From: Octopus vulgaris
Taxonomy: Eukaryota
Direction of reading: 5' to 3'
Assembly: GCA_951406725.2 (NCBI GenBank)
Contig: OX597816.1
Location: 21,018,001 to 21,082,000, forward strand
Length of the DNA stretch: 64,000 nucleotides
Translations under genes and position numbers: made by a program
Notes under the pieces: generated by a model
Told to the model about the DNA's origin: nothing
Databases searched by the model: none
What the model saw: only the letters and a program-made list of their open reading frames with translations
Shown here: positions 35,601-48,249 of the stretch, piece by piece
Numbering within the stretch: position 1 is the first letter of the stretch
Layout: every line of letters starts with the position of its first letter

Positions 35601-37560
35601 CGCCGCTACAGGTGGTGATGAATTTGCTGTTATTGGGGCGGAGGTAGTTGGAGCGGAATTATTTTGTAGTGAAGGGGCAAAATTTAGTGGTGAGCTGGTA
35701 GGGGTTGATAATTGTGTGGAAATAATTATTTGCGCTGCCAGAGAAGTTGCGAATGGAATTGAGATGCTTACTTGTGGTAGAAAGGAATTAATTGATAGTG
35801 AATTAGCTGGCAATGTACCAAAATCCGTTTCTAGAGGAGTCGAATTAGTTATTAATGGTGCAAATCTAGTCTGTAGTGGAGTCAGAAAATTTGCGATTGG
35901 AATTGAAATTGTCGCAAACGGTGGAGAGGAATTAGTTGCTAGTGGATTGGCATTAGTTGGCAGCGGATTGGAACAAGTCGGTACGGGAGTCAGAACAGTT
36001 ACAAGTGGAATAGAAATGGTCTCTAATCTTGGAGAGGGATTGGTTGGCAGAGAAAAAGAAGTAATTGAATGTGGCGTGGAATTAGTTGGTAAAGGAGTGG
36101 AATTAGTTGGTAAAGGAGTGAAAGTGGTTACAATGGTATTTGTTCATGGTGGGGTAAAGCTATGTTAGAAAAAGTAGCGGGTCGTTGGTAGCGAAAGTTG
36201 CGAACGTAATTGAGATCGTTGTAAAGAGCAATTAGTTTATAGTGGGTGGAGTGGAATTAGTTGGTAGAGGTGTCAGAAGAGTGGCAAATGTAATCTAGAT
36301 GGTTTCTAATGGTGTAGAGGAATTAATAGATAATGAAGAGGAGTTAGTTGATAGTGGAGTGGGATTAGTTTGTAGCGGAGTCAAAAATTTTGCAAATGGA
36401 ATCGAGTGGGTAGGATCTATTTAGTACCGAGGCCAGGAAACTTGTAAATGGAATCGAGAGGATTGCTAATGTTGGAGAGGAATTGGTTGGTAGAGGGGTG
36501 GAATTAGCTGGTGGTGGGGTGGAAGTGGTAGGGAGTGGGGTGGGAAGTTAGCGGAGTCAGAAATGTTGTGAACGGAATCGGAAGGATTGTTAGTGTTAGA
36601 GAGGAATTAGCTGGTAGTGAATGGGAATTAGTGGGTAATGCAGCAGAATTATTTGGTAGTGGGGTAGAATGAGTTGATAGTGGAGTGGAATGAGTTGGTA
36701 GCGAAGGGAATTGAAACGTATGGTACTAGCGGAGAGGAATTAGTTGGTATTGGGTGTTGAACAATTGGTAGCGGTGTCAGAAGAAATGCAAAAGGAATTG
36801 ATATGGTTGCAAGGTGTTGTGAAAAATTAAGTGGTACTAAAGTGGAATTAATTGAAAATGGGGTGGAATAAGTTTCTGGACGGAATTAGTTGGTAGTGAA
36901 GTAGAATTGTTAGTGCAGTGGAATTAGTTGGTTGTTGGGTGGAGTTAGTTGGAAGTAGGGTGGAGTTAGTTGCTAGTGGGATGGAGCTAGTTGGTAGTGG
37001 GGTGGCACAAGTTGGTAATGCGGTGGCACTAGTTGGTAGTAGGGTAAAGTTAGTTGGTAGTGGGGTGGAGCTAGTTGATAGTGGGGTGGCACTAGTTGGT
37101 AGTGGGGTGGCACTAGTTGGAAGTAGGGTGGAGTTAGTTGGTAGTAGGGTGGAGCTAGTTGATAGTGGGGTTGAGCTTGTTAGTATTGGAGTGGAGATAG
37201 ATGGTAGTGGGCTGGAGCTAGTTAATAGTGGTATGGAGCTAGTTGGTAGTAAGGTGGCACTAGTCATTAGTGGGATGGAGTTAGTTGCTAGTGGGGTGGA
37301 GCTAGTTAGTAGTGGGGTGGAGCTAGTTGATAGTGTGGTAGCACTAGTTGGTAGTGGGGTGGAGTTAGTTGCTAGTGGGGTGGAGTTAGTTACTTGTGGT
37401 GTTGAGCTAGTTGGTAGCGAAGAAAAATTTGTTGGTTGTGGGGTGGAATTAGTTGGTACAGTTAGGTTTAGTTGGTAGTGGAAATAATTTGGACTGGAAT
37501 TAGTCGGTAGTTGAGTGGGATTAGTTGGTAGTAGGGTTCGATTTGTTGGTAATGAAGTGG
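32644..37560 (+). pseudogene. 5'-less duplicate of the heptad-repeat gene with nine 321-bp units, stops and frameshifts
   Basis: Unit starts 32653, 32978, 33299, 33620, 33941, 34262, 34583, 34905, 35227. Stops at 33644, 34103, 35068, 35569; +4 and +1 indels. Downstream part colinear with 27366-28790. Confidence 0.85.
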
Positions 37561-37863
37561 TTTTAGTATCATGTGGGGTGTACTAGTTAGCAGCGAAGTC
37601 GGAATATTTGCAAATGTAATGGAGAGGGTTGCTTGTTGCCGAGAGAAGTTAGTTTGTAGTGCAGTGGAATTAGCTTGTAGAAGAGTAAAATGAGTTGCCA
37701 GAGGAGTAGAACATTGTTGGTACCGGGTTGGAACGAGTTAACTGAGTCAGAAGAGTTAGAAGGGAACGGGCTGTGTGGCATTGATGGTGGTAATGTTGGG
37801 TGTAAGTTGGGTTATCTGAAGATGGCAGCGGTTATGGAGGGTATTTGATAATGGTCAAAACAA

Positions 37864-38094
37864 GGCGGCGAGCTGGCAGAAGGGTTAGCACGCCGGGCGA
37901 AATGCTTTGCGGTATTTCGTCTGCCGTTACGTTGTGAGTTCAAATTCCGCCGAGGTCGACTTTGCCTTTCATCCTTTCGGGATCGATAAATTAAGCACCA
38001 GTTACGCACTGCGGTCGATGTAATCGACTTAATACCTATGTCTGTCCTTGTTTGTCCCCTCTATGTTTAGCCCATTGTGGGTAATAAAGAAATA
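37864..38094 (+). mobile_element. tRNA-derived SINE, duplicate of 29086-29318 (3' TSD deleted)
   Basis: Same sequence and same left flank; about 150 bp including the right TSD is missing. Confidence 0.9.
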
Positions 38095-38849
38095 TATTGC
38101 CACTCAAACACACAGAACAGAAAAGGGCATACAGTGGGCAGAAGGGGCATATCAGAAGTATAATTCACCACATACACGTACAGAGAATAGGAGAACGCGC
38201 ATTAAACACCTTAGAACGACGCCACACACAGTGGACAGGGAAGAATACATCAGCTTGGGTGGATCTGAGCATGACATGGTTTTGTCCTTCTACCACATCT
38301 TGACACTGTTGCTATAACAGTGAGTTATTGTGGACATGGTTTGGAAATGTTCTTTTGTAGGCACCTGCACATTTGTAGTTCTTGGACTGATTTGACAAAT
38401 TTATAACAACAACAAAGACAGCATACAGCAGCAATATCAATAACAAAAACAGTAGCAAAAACGATATTGTGTTAGAAAGGAGATATGTACGAAACAAATA
38501 CCAGCAGAAACACTATCATCACAACCATAACAATCATCATCACAACCCACGCTACAATGACCACCACATCGTAATCACCACTACAACCATCACGTCAGCC
38601 ACTACTTTTACAACCATTGCTGCTGTTTCCAATAGCACCACCATCAATACTACCAATATCATACAGAAGCTTCGACATGTCGAAAAGTCAGCTAAACGTT
38701 CACAGGACATGGAACTTGTGTAGCAGAGAAAATCGTCAGTTGAAATAACCATATGACTAAACTCATGTATTGAGTGGTGGCATATTGGTTTTGTTCTATA
38801 AGCTGTACAATATGTATGTACGTATCTCTCACCTAATCTCTCTCCCTCT

Positions 38850-39600
38850 CTCTCACTACGCCTTCGAGACCTCAAAAAAACACTATTACAACGCCAATAT
38901 CCCTCTAACTTTATTGAGTATGAAATAAAACGCGCCAAAGAACTAGACAACAATACACTATAAACCACCCAACCCAACAACACACACAACCCCAAAATAC
39001 TTCCATACATTTCCACCCACAACCTCCAAAATATCGAAGCATACACCACAATCATACAAAACCTCACTCTACTGTAAACAGTCCCAAAAATGAAAAACAT
39101 TATAAATACACACAAAATCCTCAAATGTAAAAGGCAACACAAATCTTTAAAAAAACTGTTGACAAATGCCAAACTTCACACACCACATCCACCCCCAGCA
39201 GTTAAAAAATGTGCACCCCCAAACTGTGGCACTTGCCTCTTCCTACTTGAAGGCTCTGAATTTATCTTCAAACAAAGAACGAAGTTTAAAATCAAGACCA
39301 ACTTCTCCTGTTCCTCCGAGAACCTTATCTACGTTCTCACATGCGCCGGTTGCCAACATAATTATGTTGGATAAACGAGCCTCCCTTTACGTAAAAGAGT
39401 AGCGGTCCCTAAAGAACAAATAAATCCCCCGGAATACCGGCAAATTCCATTCAGTGACCACATAGACTCATGCGCTAAAGACAAAAATCCCAAATTTTAC
39501 ATATTTCCCTTCTACTAATGTAAAGATGGAATCACTACACAGCAGAGAATTAACAAGGAGAATCTCTATTGAAAAATTCAAAACGCATCTTAAATTGCAA
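38850..39600 (+). mobile_element. Penelope-like GIY-YIG fragment, duplicate of 30295-31045
   Basis: KKCAPPNCGTCLFL...CSSENLIYVLTCAGCQHNYVG. Confidence 0.8.
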
Positions 39601-40470
39601 AATCCTTGTTAATCATACTTCTTTTTTCTACCTCATTCTTCATGGATGGACTAATACAAATATATGATACTATGCAGTCATCACTTCAAGCTAAAACTTA
39701 TATTCTTTATTTATCATTATTATTATTGTTACTTTTTTTATTATTTTTTTTATTATATATGACATAACAATCTGATATTTAATTATAAATTGGTTTATTT
39801 AAATTTATATAAATAGAAAACAAAATTAATAAAGTGTTAAAATCTGAATGTTAAGTTAGCAAACAATTATTAAAAAAAAGATAATGCAAATGAAGGTAAA
39901 ATGATAATTTAATAATTTAAGGTTTATTAACACCCTTTATTACAAATAATTTATAAACCCAAATTGAAGAGCTTAAAACCCATAGAGTTGTCTCCCCTTA
40001 TTCACAGGAACTGGACTACTACTTCCTGTTTTACCATTCACATAAGAGACATCCTTAATTAAGATATACAGCACATGGATTTAATTCCATGGATCTCAAT
40101 CCTCCAACGTAATTTTTTCAAGAAATATCATTAAACTCAAGATACACAAACACTTTACAATGTATCGGAGTACCTATTTTTTGATTTTTGTATATATTTA
40201 TCATTATTTTTTTGCAAAAAACAATGTAATTTTCTTTATTCCCTTTCCTCAAACATGAAAAAAAAAAATTTCTTTACATTTCTTGAAGAGTCACATTGTT
40301 CCGAAAACCGGTTTGAACTAATATATATCTAATTAATTTCTCAAAATTTTCCATACCCACATTTTCATTAAAATTTTCTTTCAATTTAGCATTCTGCCTT
40401 GGTATAATTTTTCGTTGCCTATCATTTCTCCACGTGCGTTCAACACAACCCCCACCATTTATTGATTTAC

Positions 40471-40579
<109 letters not shown>

Positions 40580-40861
40580 TTGCTTAGATTTGTTTTTAAT
40601 AGTTTGTATGCCTAATTGATCAATAAATTAATGAAACAGTCATCCTACTCAAGACTTCTGTTAAACTCTGTGATTATTCTATCAAACAATCAACTCGCGA
40701 ATAAGCTCGGATTTACATTTTGTGCCTGTCATGTTATATATGTAACCCATATAGATTACAATATATTTCAAAGAACATTCTGTTAACCAGGTTCATCGCA
40801 TCGAGTAGTAACTGAAGTATTCATGTACATTTCTTGAATTTTTAAAATGTTTCTTAGGCGC

Positions 40862-40939
<78 letters not shown>

Positions 40940-40986
40940 TATAATAATAATAATAATAATGATAATAATAATAATAATAATAATAT

Positions 40987-41017
<31 letters not shown>

Positions 41018-41034
41018 AAGAAGAAGAAGAAGAA

Positions 41035-42684
41035 AAGAGGAAAACTAGTTAAGAGTAACAACGTCATACTAGATAAAACCAATGAAATAAAAGAATTAGA
41101 CCAAAGTCAAACTTACAAATACTTAGGAATCCTTGAACTAGGTAAGACACAACACACACAAATGAAAGAGAAAATAAAAAAAGAATATTATAGACGAGTT
41201 AGATCAATACTAAAAACAGAGCTCAATGCTAAAAACAAGATAATAAGTATTAACACTTTAGCTGTCCCAGTTATAAGTTACAGCTATAATATCCTTAACT
41301 GGACACTATATGAACAGACCAAAATAGATAGGAAACCAAGAAAAATAATGACAGGATCTAGGATGCATCACCTAAAATCTGACATAGAAAGACTATATAA
41401 ACAACGTATAGAAGGTGGTAGAGGCCTTATACAGCTGGAAAACTACTATAAAATAACCATCATAGGACTGCAAAAATATCTACTTCAGAAGGAAGGAAAA
41501 CTGATACAAATAGCGGCAAAGTACGAGCAAAACAAAAAACTGTTCTCAGTATTTAAGGAAGCTGACAAATACAAACAAGAAATCATACCACCTAACAAAT
41601 ATAAAGAAGAAGAAAAGGAAGAAGAAGAAGAAGAAGAAGAAGAAGAAGAAGAAGAAGAAGAAGAAGAAGAAGAAGAAGAAGAAGAAGAAGAAGAAGAAGA
41701 AGAAGAAGAAGAAGAAGAAGAAGAAGAAGACGAAAAAGAAGATGATGAAGAAACAACAAAAGCTGTAAAACAAATGAAATCCAAACTAAAACTACAACAG
41801 CAATGAACCATGATAAAACGTTGGCAAGAAAAGCCCCTTCATGGTAAATACTGGACTAAACTAAATGCAAAAGAAATAGACAAAGAAAAATCCCAACAAT
41901 GGTTGAGAAGCTCAGGACTCAAAGCAGAGACAGAAGGATTTTTAATTGCAGCACAAGACCAAAGCCTCCCATCAGAAATTACCAAAAACATGTAATGAAA
42001 AGAAATATAACAAGTAACTGCAGAATATGTGGAGATGGACAAGAAACAATAAATATTATTATCTCTGGCTGCCCAGTCCTGGCTAAGAAGGAATATATTC
42101 ACAGACATGACAGAGTTGGAACCTACATACACTGGAAGATATACCAACATTATCGAATAACAACAGAAAAAAGATGGTATAGGCACACACCAGAAAAGGT
42201 GACAGAAAACGAGAGAGCAACCATACTCTGGGATATGCCGATACACACAGATAGAGAAATTAAGGCCAACGGACCAGATATATTTGTCAGAGATCATGAA
42301 GAAAAAAATGCATTCTAATTGATGTATCAATACCGGCAGATGACAACGTGTCTCTAAAAGAAATGGAGAAACTTTCAAAATACAAAGACCTGGAAATAGA
42401 GGTAACCAGAATGTGGAATCTGAAAACAGAAACAATTCCTATAATAGTAGGTGCATTAGGCATGATAAAAAAATATTCAGACAAATACATAACAAAAACA
42501 CCAGGACTTACAAACACATATAACATACAGAAAATTGCACTACTAGGCAATGCACACATCCTACGCAGAACACTTTCCATACAATAACCATCAGAGTATC
42601 ACAGCAAATCACAGCACATACCCAAGGCACACAGAGCTGCGCTCGGTAGTGAAGTGAAAGCACGCTATAAAAATAAAACTACTG
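41035..42684 (+). mobile_element. R4/Dong-clade LINE family 1, 5'-truncated with intact 3' end, in (TAA)n
   Basis: YKYLGI, GGRGL, poly-Glu, CRICG, GPDIF..LIDVSIP. Same 3' terminus ...aaaactactg+aataat as at 14160. Confidence 0.92.
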
Positions 42685-42691
42685 AATAATG

Positions 42692-42811
<120 letters not shown>

Positions 42812-42825
42812 ATTATTACAATTAC

Positions 42826-42871
<46 letters not shown>

Positions 42872-42898
42872 ATTATTATTAATATTATTATTATTATT

Positions 42899-43448
42899 AG
42901 AGAGAGATGTGCATGCCATCAAAGTGACACTGGGGTAAAATATACGAAACCCAGTATAACCATCATGACTACCCGTCTGAAAAGGGTACACTAGGCGCAT
43001 GCATCACAACCATATGTGTGCGATATGGTGATCTCATATCAAGTTAAACAGCACATGACATTGCAGGTGGGGCCCAGTTAGAATTTTTCTTCTGGTCGAG
43101 TAACCCTTCTCGATCAAGAGGTCACTCAATAAGGGTTGTTTAAGGATGTGGAACGAACCACCCATGTTTCTAGAGGTGAATTATTCAAACCCCAAAGAAT
43201 CCCTCTCAATTCATGGCTGTGATGCTCTCCCACTACTTCTGCTGGTGATAAGAGATGCACATATTATCAGCCACTAAGGGACATGCTCAACTTGTTCAGG
43301 TCATACAACTGACAAGCAAATCTGTGGTATTGAGCAGAATATTTGCTGTAGCCCATCTTTTATACCAAGACAAAAGAATGTAAATGATAACACTTCCAAT
43401 CAGTTAAGATCAGAAGCCATGAGAGCCAGTCTTGTACAGCATCAGGGC
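42899..43448 (-). mobile_element. ~550-bp non-coding interspersed element embedded in (TAA)n
   Basis: No ORF; ATT tracts on both sides. Its 3' ~180 bp recurs in opposite orientation at 54497-54674, also between TAA tracts. Confidence 0.7.
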
Positions 43449-43488
<40 letters not shown>

Positions 43489-43511
43489 ATCATCATCATC
43501 ATCATCATCAA

Positions 43512-43583
<72 letters not shown>

Positions 43584-43659
43584 TATCATTATTATTATTA
43601 TTATCGCCATAGCTGGAGCTGTACATTTGGAGCACTGTAAGTTTACGGCTAATTAACCT

Positions 43660-45050
43660 GTTTAAAAGATTCTCTGCTGTATTTTTTTGTTTAAATCCTT
43701 TTGCAAGCTAGTTGTTCTTCGGGTGAGTAGGGTTGATGTATGTTAACCAAAGCCCCTTATGGTAAACCTTTTCTGTTTTCAAATTTCTTCGAAAATTTGC
43801 TTCGAAGAAAGTAAACCCTGAAGATGGCGACGAAAGGTGAGAATGAAGAAGGAACACAAAAACAAGGAAACTCGAAAGACATTTGGCAGAATGTCCACCA
43901 CATTGCGAGAGCGAGATATTACAGAGTAGGCTATACAGAGCTCAGTGCCCAGGCGTCGCAACGTGGTAATTACCCTCTTCTCAACGTCTATAGAATGAGG
44001 GCGGTATGAATTACGGTGCCTGGAGTCCCACCTAACCTGGATTTATGATGGATTCTCGCCTGCATTTGTATGGACGCGGTTAGATTCTCCGGGATGTTAA
44101 AATATCGAGGGGGCGGAATTCGTTTCGGACTATCTTGGGCGTTCTTCTCCACGTGAAGCCACAGTAGTTAGAAAAAGTCCCAGGCCTGATTTCGCTCTTG
44201 AATAGAGTAGAACTAAGGATGAATGAAGAGGGCAGAAGGCCGTGGTGTCACAATAGTAGTTTAAAAGGCTGCTTACGGTTTTTCTGCCCACAGAACAAGA
44301 ATGCCAGTAGTGGTATGGTGCATGCCACACGAGCCAAAGCAGATTTGTGCGGAATTTCAGCAGCATCTTGCTGAACTGTACGAGACGTGCAGTTGTCTGG
44401 AGGCGGAAGTGAACTTCGTTTTCTACATTGATGACATGACGCCGCTATCGGCCAGTGTCGTGGAGTTCTGCGAATTGAAGGTATACGTGACGGGTTGGCA
44501 AGTTGCACGAGGGAGTAGTCTCTGGGATTGGATGGTCTACTCTTCGAGCTTTATATATGTATACCACCTCACGCGATACAACAGAGAGAGGGTTCGTAAC
44601 GAACCTGGCATAGGTGTGGGTCCGGTCCAGTTGGATCAATCGAAAGCCTTTGATAGGGTCGGCCATCTGTATTTGGAAGCTGCCCTCAAGGTGTTGGTTT
44701 CTCTCCCATTTTCAGCGGCTTGATCCCTGCAATGAACATGACATCTTTTCGGCGGTCAAAGTAGATGGCCACCTCTCAGAATCGTTTAGTATCGCATGTT
44801 CGATCCGTCAAGGATGTCTACTTTTACCCCTTCTCTACGTACTGGCAGTCGAACAATTATTGCGGAGGCTGGAGGTTTCCAGGGGCATCCCACGCGAGGA
44901 TAGTGTCCGCGTGTGCCGACGACGTCAGCGAGATAGTGTCGGACATCTTGGAAATCGAGATGGTCAGCACTACCCCAAGGGAATACGAAGCGGTAACAGG
45001 AGCAATGATCAACCAAGGCCAGTTAGTGGGCCTGCACCAGAGCCGCTACC
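43660..45050 (+). mobile_element. Tx1/L1-clade LINE remnants (rearranged, RT fragment at ~44600-45030)
   Basis: LDQSKAFDRVGH, SIRQGCLL.PLLYVLA.E.LLR, ACADDVS. The upstream part is assigned by context only. Confidence 0.7.
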
Positions 45051-45399
45051 ACTACTGCTATCACGGGGCGCAACCATAATTACAAAACTAAGCAGGTAAT
45101 TGAAGAGAAGGAAAGAGGAATTCTTTCAAGTGAAGCACATGCAGTTGTCGCCTCTGCCACCACTACCACGTCAAAGAAAGAAGGAGAGAGAATTATTAAA
45201 ACAACAACGTCGTTTGCTTCTTCTAAGCAAACACAAATTGGGTTTTGCAGAAATGTTCCGCAGTATGGAAGAGGTGAAATTGTCGCAAGCTACGTTGGCT
45301 AAAACAAAAATGCATCTAACAAGAACTGAAAGGACGGTCCACTTAAACACACGAGAAGGAAGATATATGGAGGAGGACTACAATGTACAGATGTATATT

Positions 45400-47955
45400 A
45401 TAGTCCTTAAGAACGCGCAAGGTAGAAAGATCCACGCAGGCTCAGGGACCTAAGAGGAACATAGAAATTGATATTCCATGTGGCAAAAACAACGGTACAG
45501 TAGAGGTGAGATTTTCATCAGATCAACTGGCCATAGAAAATGCCACAACAAACCTGAAGGCCGAGGAGGAATTGCAGATGATTCCGACGTACTTCGTTCG
45601 AAGAAAGTTGTCAGAGTGAAAGTGGTGCAAGTGTCATCAGAAGTGGACATCTCCTTACTGGCAGCGGCCGTGTTGTACGGAATAGAAGAGAAATGTAAAA
45701 TCCTTGATATACGGAGACACAAAGCAGAAACCTAGCAAAGGACTGAAATGGAAATCCTGGTGTATGCGGATTTCAGGATCGCACAAGAGGTCACTGATCT
45801 CATCGAGCTCCCAGGTGGGTCAAATTTATTTGTAGCTATAGAAGGCTCAAAACCCAGAAGCCACATTTGTGGCGAAACAAACCTCTTAAAGGCTTTCTTC
45901 CCTAGACAATCGAGATCACCATACTACTGCAGACACCTCCTGCTCATGAATAACAGAGAAGAAAGTAGAAGGGAAAGCAGGTGAATGCAGCAGCAGGAAT
46001 GGCCACAACTGCAACAGCGGCAGAAACACCAGCAAAAACACAACTACTTCCACCGTCACCGCCACAGCCACTACCAACAACAACAACAACAGCAGGGAAA
46101 ATTACACAGTCTCCACAACAGCAGCAGTAACAGCAGCAACAACACCACCAACAACAACATCGGTAAACACACCAAAAAAATGCATAACATACACAAAAGG
46201 ACAAAAACCTTGCCAAGACGTGCCCCTCCCTCCCTATTTGGACCAAGCAACCATGTCTTATAATGATGAAGAGCAGAAGGAAGAGGAGGTTGGGAACGAG
46301 CCGAAATGGAGAAAGTCAGCAAGTCAAAAAGAAGAAAAAGTTGTAGAAATAGCCAAATGAACACCTCAAACATAGACAAACAAATGGCGGAGATCCCTGT
46401 GTGTGATGCTGCCCAAACATCAATCCCACGTGCAACCTAGCATACAGAATCTCCATCGACAACACAATTCCCATTACTTCCGCTACCACTATCACAGACA
46501 TCTCAATTGCAAGCACGACCCTCCTCATACACACAGTCCGGGCATTGCGCAGTGTAGTAACAAGAGCAAAATACACGGCGGTGAATACGAAAAATAGAAA
46601 CTTGATAGAGTACATACATAGACATGCAGACATCGCGCACGCAGATTTTGTCACACAAACACCCATGGGGGGAGGAAATTTCACTACTACATTAAAAAGA
46701 AAAACAGACTGTATACAGAATACAGGTGGCGGAGAATATGGCTGAACTGAAACCAGAGCACCAACCTCACGTGGCTCTGAATCAACATGGTAAATACCCC
46801 CTTTTCCCTTCCCCGTCTAAATTATAGCTTTGCTTAGACTAGGCAATGTGAATGTTCGTGGCCTAGGATCGTCTTGGAAACAGGGTTATCTGCGCAACGA
46901 TGACATTTATAGGTCACTTAAGTAGGTCACATTTAGATCACTGAGTGTCGATGTAGTCACCATCTGTGAAAGCAGGCTCTCCAACCAACAACCTTTGGTG
47001 CCCATTTTTAGTGAATACGAGATCTATTTATCTCCATGTCATCCGGGAATGGGTGATGGAACTGCTGTGGTGTTCCGGAGAAGCCTGGATCTCCAGATAA
47101 TGACTATCTTCCTGGACCCAGAAGGTAAGTTGTTGGTCCATTTCAAGGCGGTTGTTTTTTCTGCTCCGTCAGGAGCAGGGCAGTCGGAAATCTTCAACTG
47201 CCTGGACGTTTTCCCTGGGAACATCCCTTGATTTAGTGATTATGGGCGAGGCAATGATGTCTTAGAGCCACGTTTGGACCGTATGTGGTAGCAGATAGAC
47301 AAGGTGGGTGCGAAAGCCTATCATATATGCTCAGACGTTTTCAACGGTCCAACAGTTACCGGCAGGATTTCCAGAATGCGCTAGTGTGGACCTGGTCTAA
47401 CCGCCGACGTTCATCCAGGTCGTATCTAGATAGGATTTTCGGTAGGCCAGTAGATGGGAATAGTGTAAGTTAGCCACTCTTCAAAATCTTCGCCTGCGCA
47501 GACCACAAATTTGTGATCTGTACGGTAGACTTAAATACACAACGTAAGCAGGGAACCCGGCAAATGGAAGCAGAATGCTTCACTCCCAGCGTGCCAAGGA
47601 CAGAGACTGGTTTAGTGAATTAGTGAAGCGAGCATTAACGGGCTCAATACATAACAATAAATGACGGTACGACCTGAGAAGGGTATTTAGAATAGAACAG
47701 AAGACGCTTAGCAAGGCACTAGCAATAGGGAAAAAATAGAAGGAAAGCCAGTTAGGGACTTAGAAGAGGCGCTTATGAGAGCAACCGACGTGAAGGCGGT
47801 GAGATTGTTCCTCTACTAATTCTCCAACGCTTAGTACGAAGGATGCATCGTCAGAGCTAAGTTACGTGCCCTAAGAGACGAAGGAATTAAAGCTACTCGA
47901 TGTGCCCGAGTGGCAGAGGTTCAAAAGGCCAACAAAGGCATAGTTCGGCCCTGTA
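45400..47955 (+). mobile_element. Tx1/L1-clade LINE: ORF1-like region and APE endonuclease, degenerate
   Basis: Decayed knuckle EGSKPRSHICGETNLLKAFFP; GNVNVRGL, ICESR, GTAVVFR, WTWSN...SYLDRIF, DHKFV. Confidence 0.75.
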
Positions 47956-48249
47956 TGGATTTTGTAAATCAAAATAAATCAAAATTAAGACAGACTGAAA
48001 GAAATTTGAGGTTTTTTATCCTCAAACCACTGAGAGACAGGCTATTTAATAAAACGTCTTCAAATGTTTATAAGCCAATCCACGAAAGTTTCCATGCTCT
48101 GCGGGGATTAAAAATAAAAAACAATTGACAAAAGGATTTTGGAAAGTACTTTTAAATAAACTTTCGTCCGTAGAGAGGCCCGAATCTTCCGGGCTCCTCA
48201 AAAAATCAAGGTGAGTGAGGTCTTCTTTTCCTTTCTCCGACTTGCATGA

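Noticed and set aside
25169-37267. Long minus-strand ORFs reading as mucin-like TNSTPLP repeats (e.g. 26270-27631, 32899-33729)
   Set aside because: This antisense frame shares third codon positions with the + frame, so it stays open passively. It has stops at 25535 and 26270 where the + frame is open, tta/cta variation is silent only on +, and splice signals favour +. Stranded RNA-seq would settle it.
40847-41806. 319-aa ORF as a host gene with poly-N, poly-K and poly-E
   Set aside because: Chance fusion of flanking microsatellites to a truncated Dong ORF.
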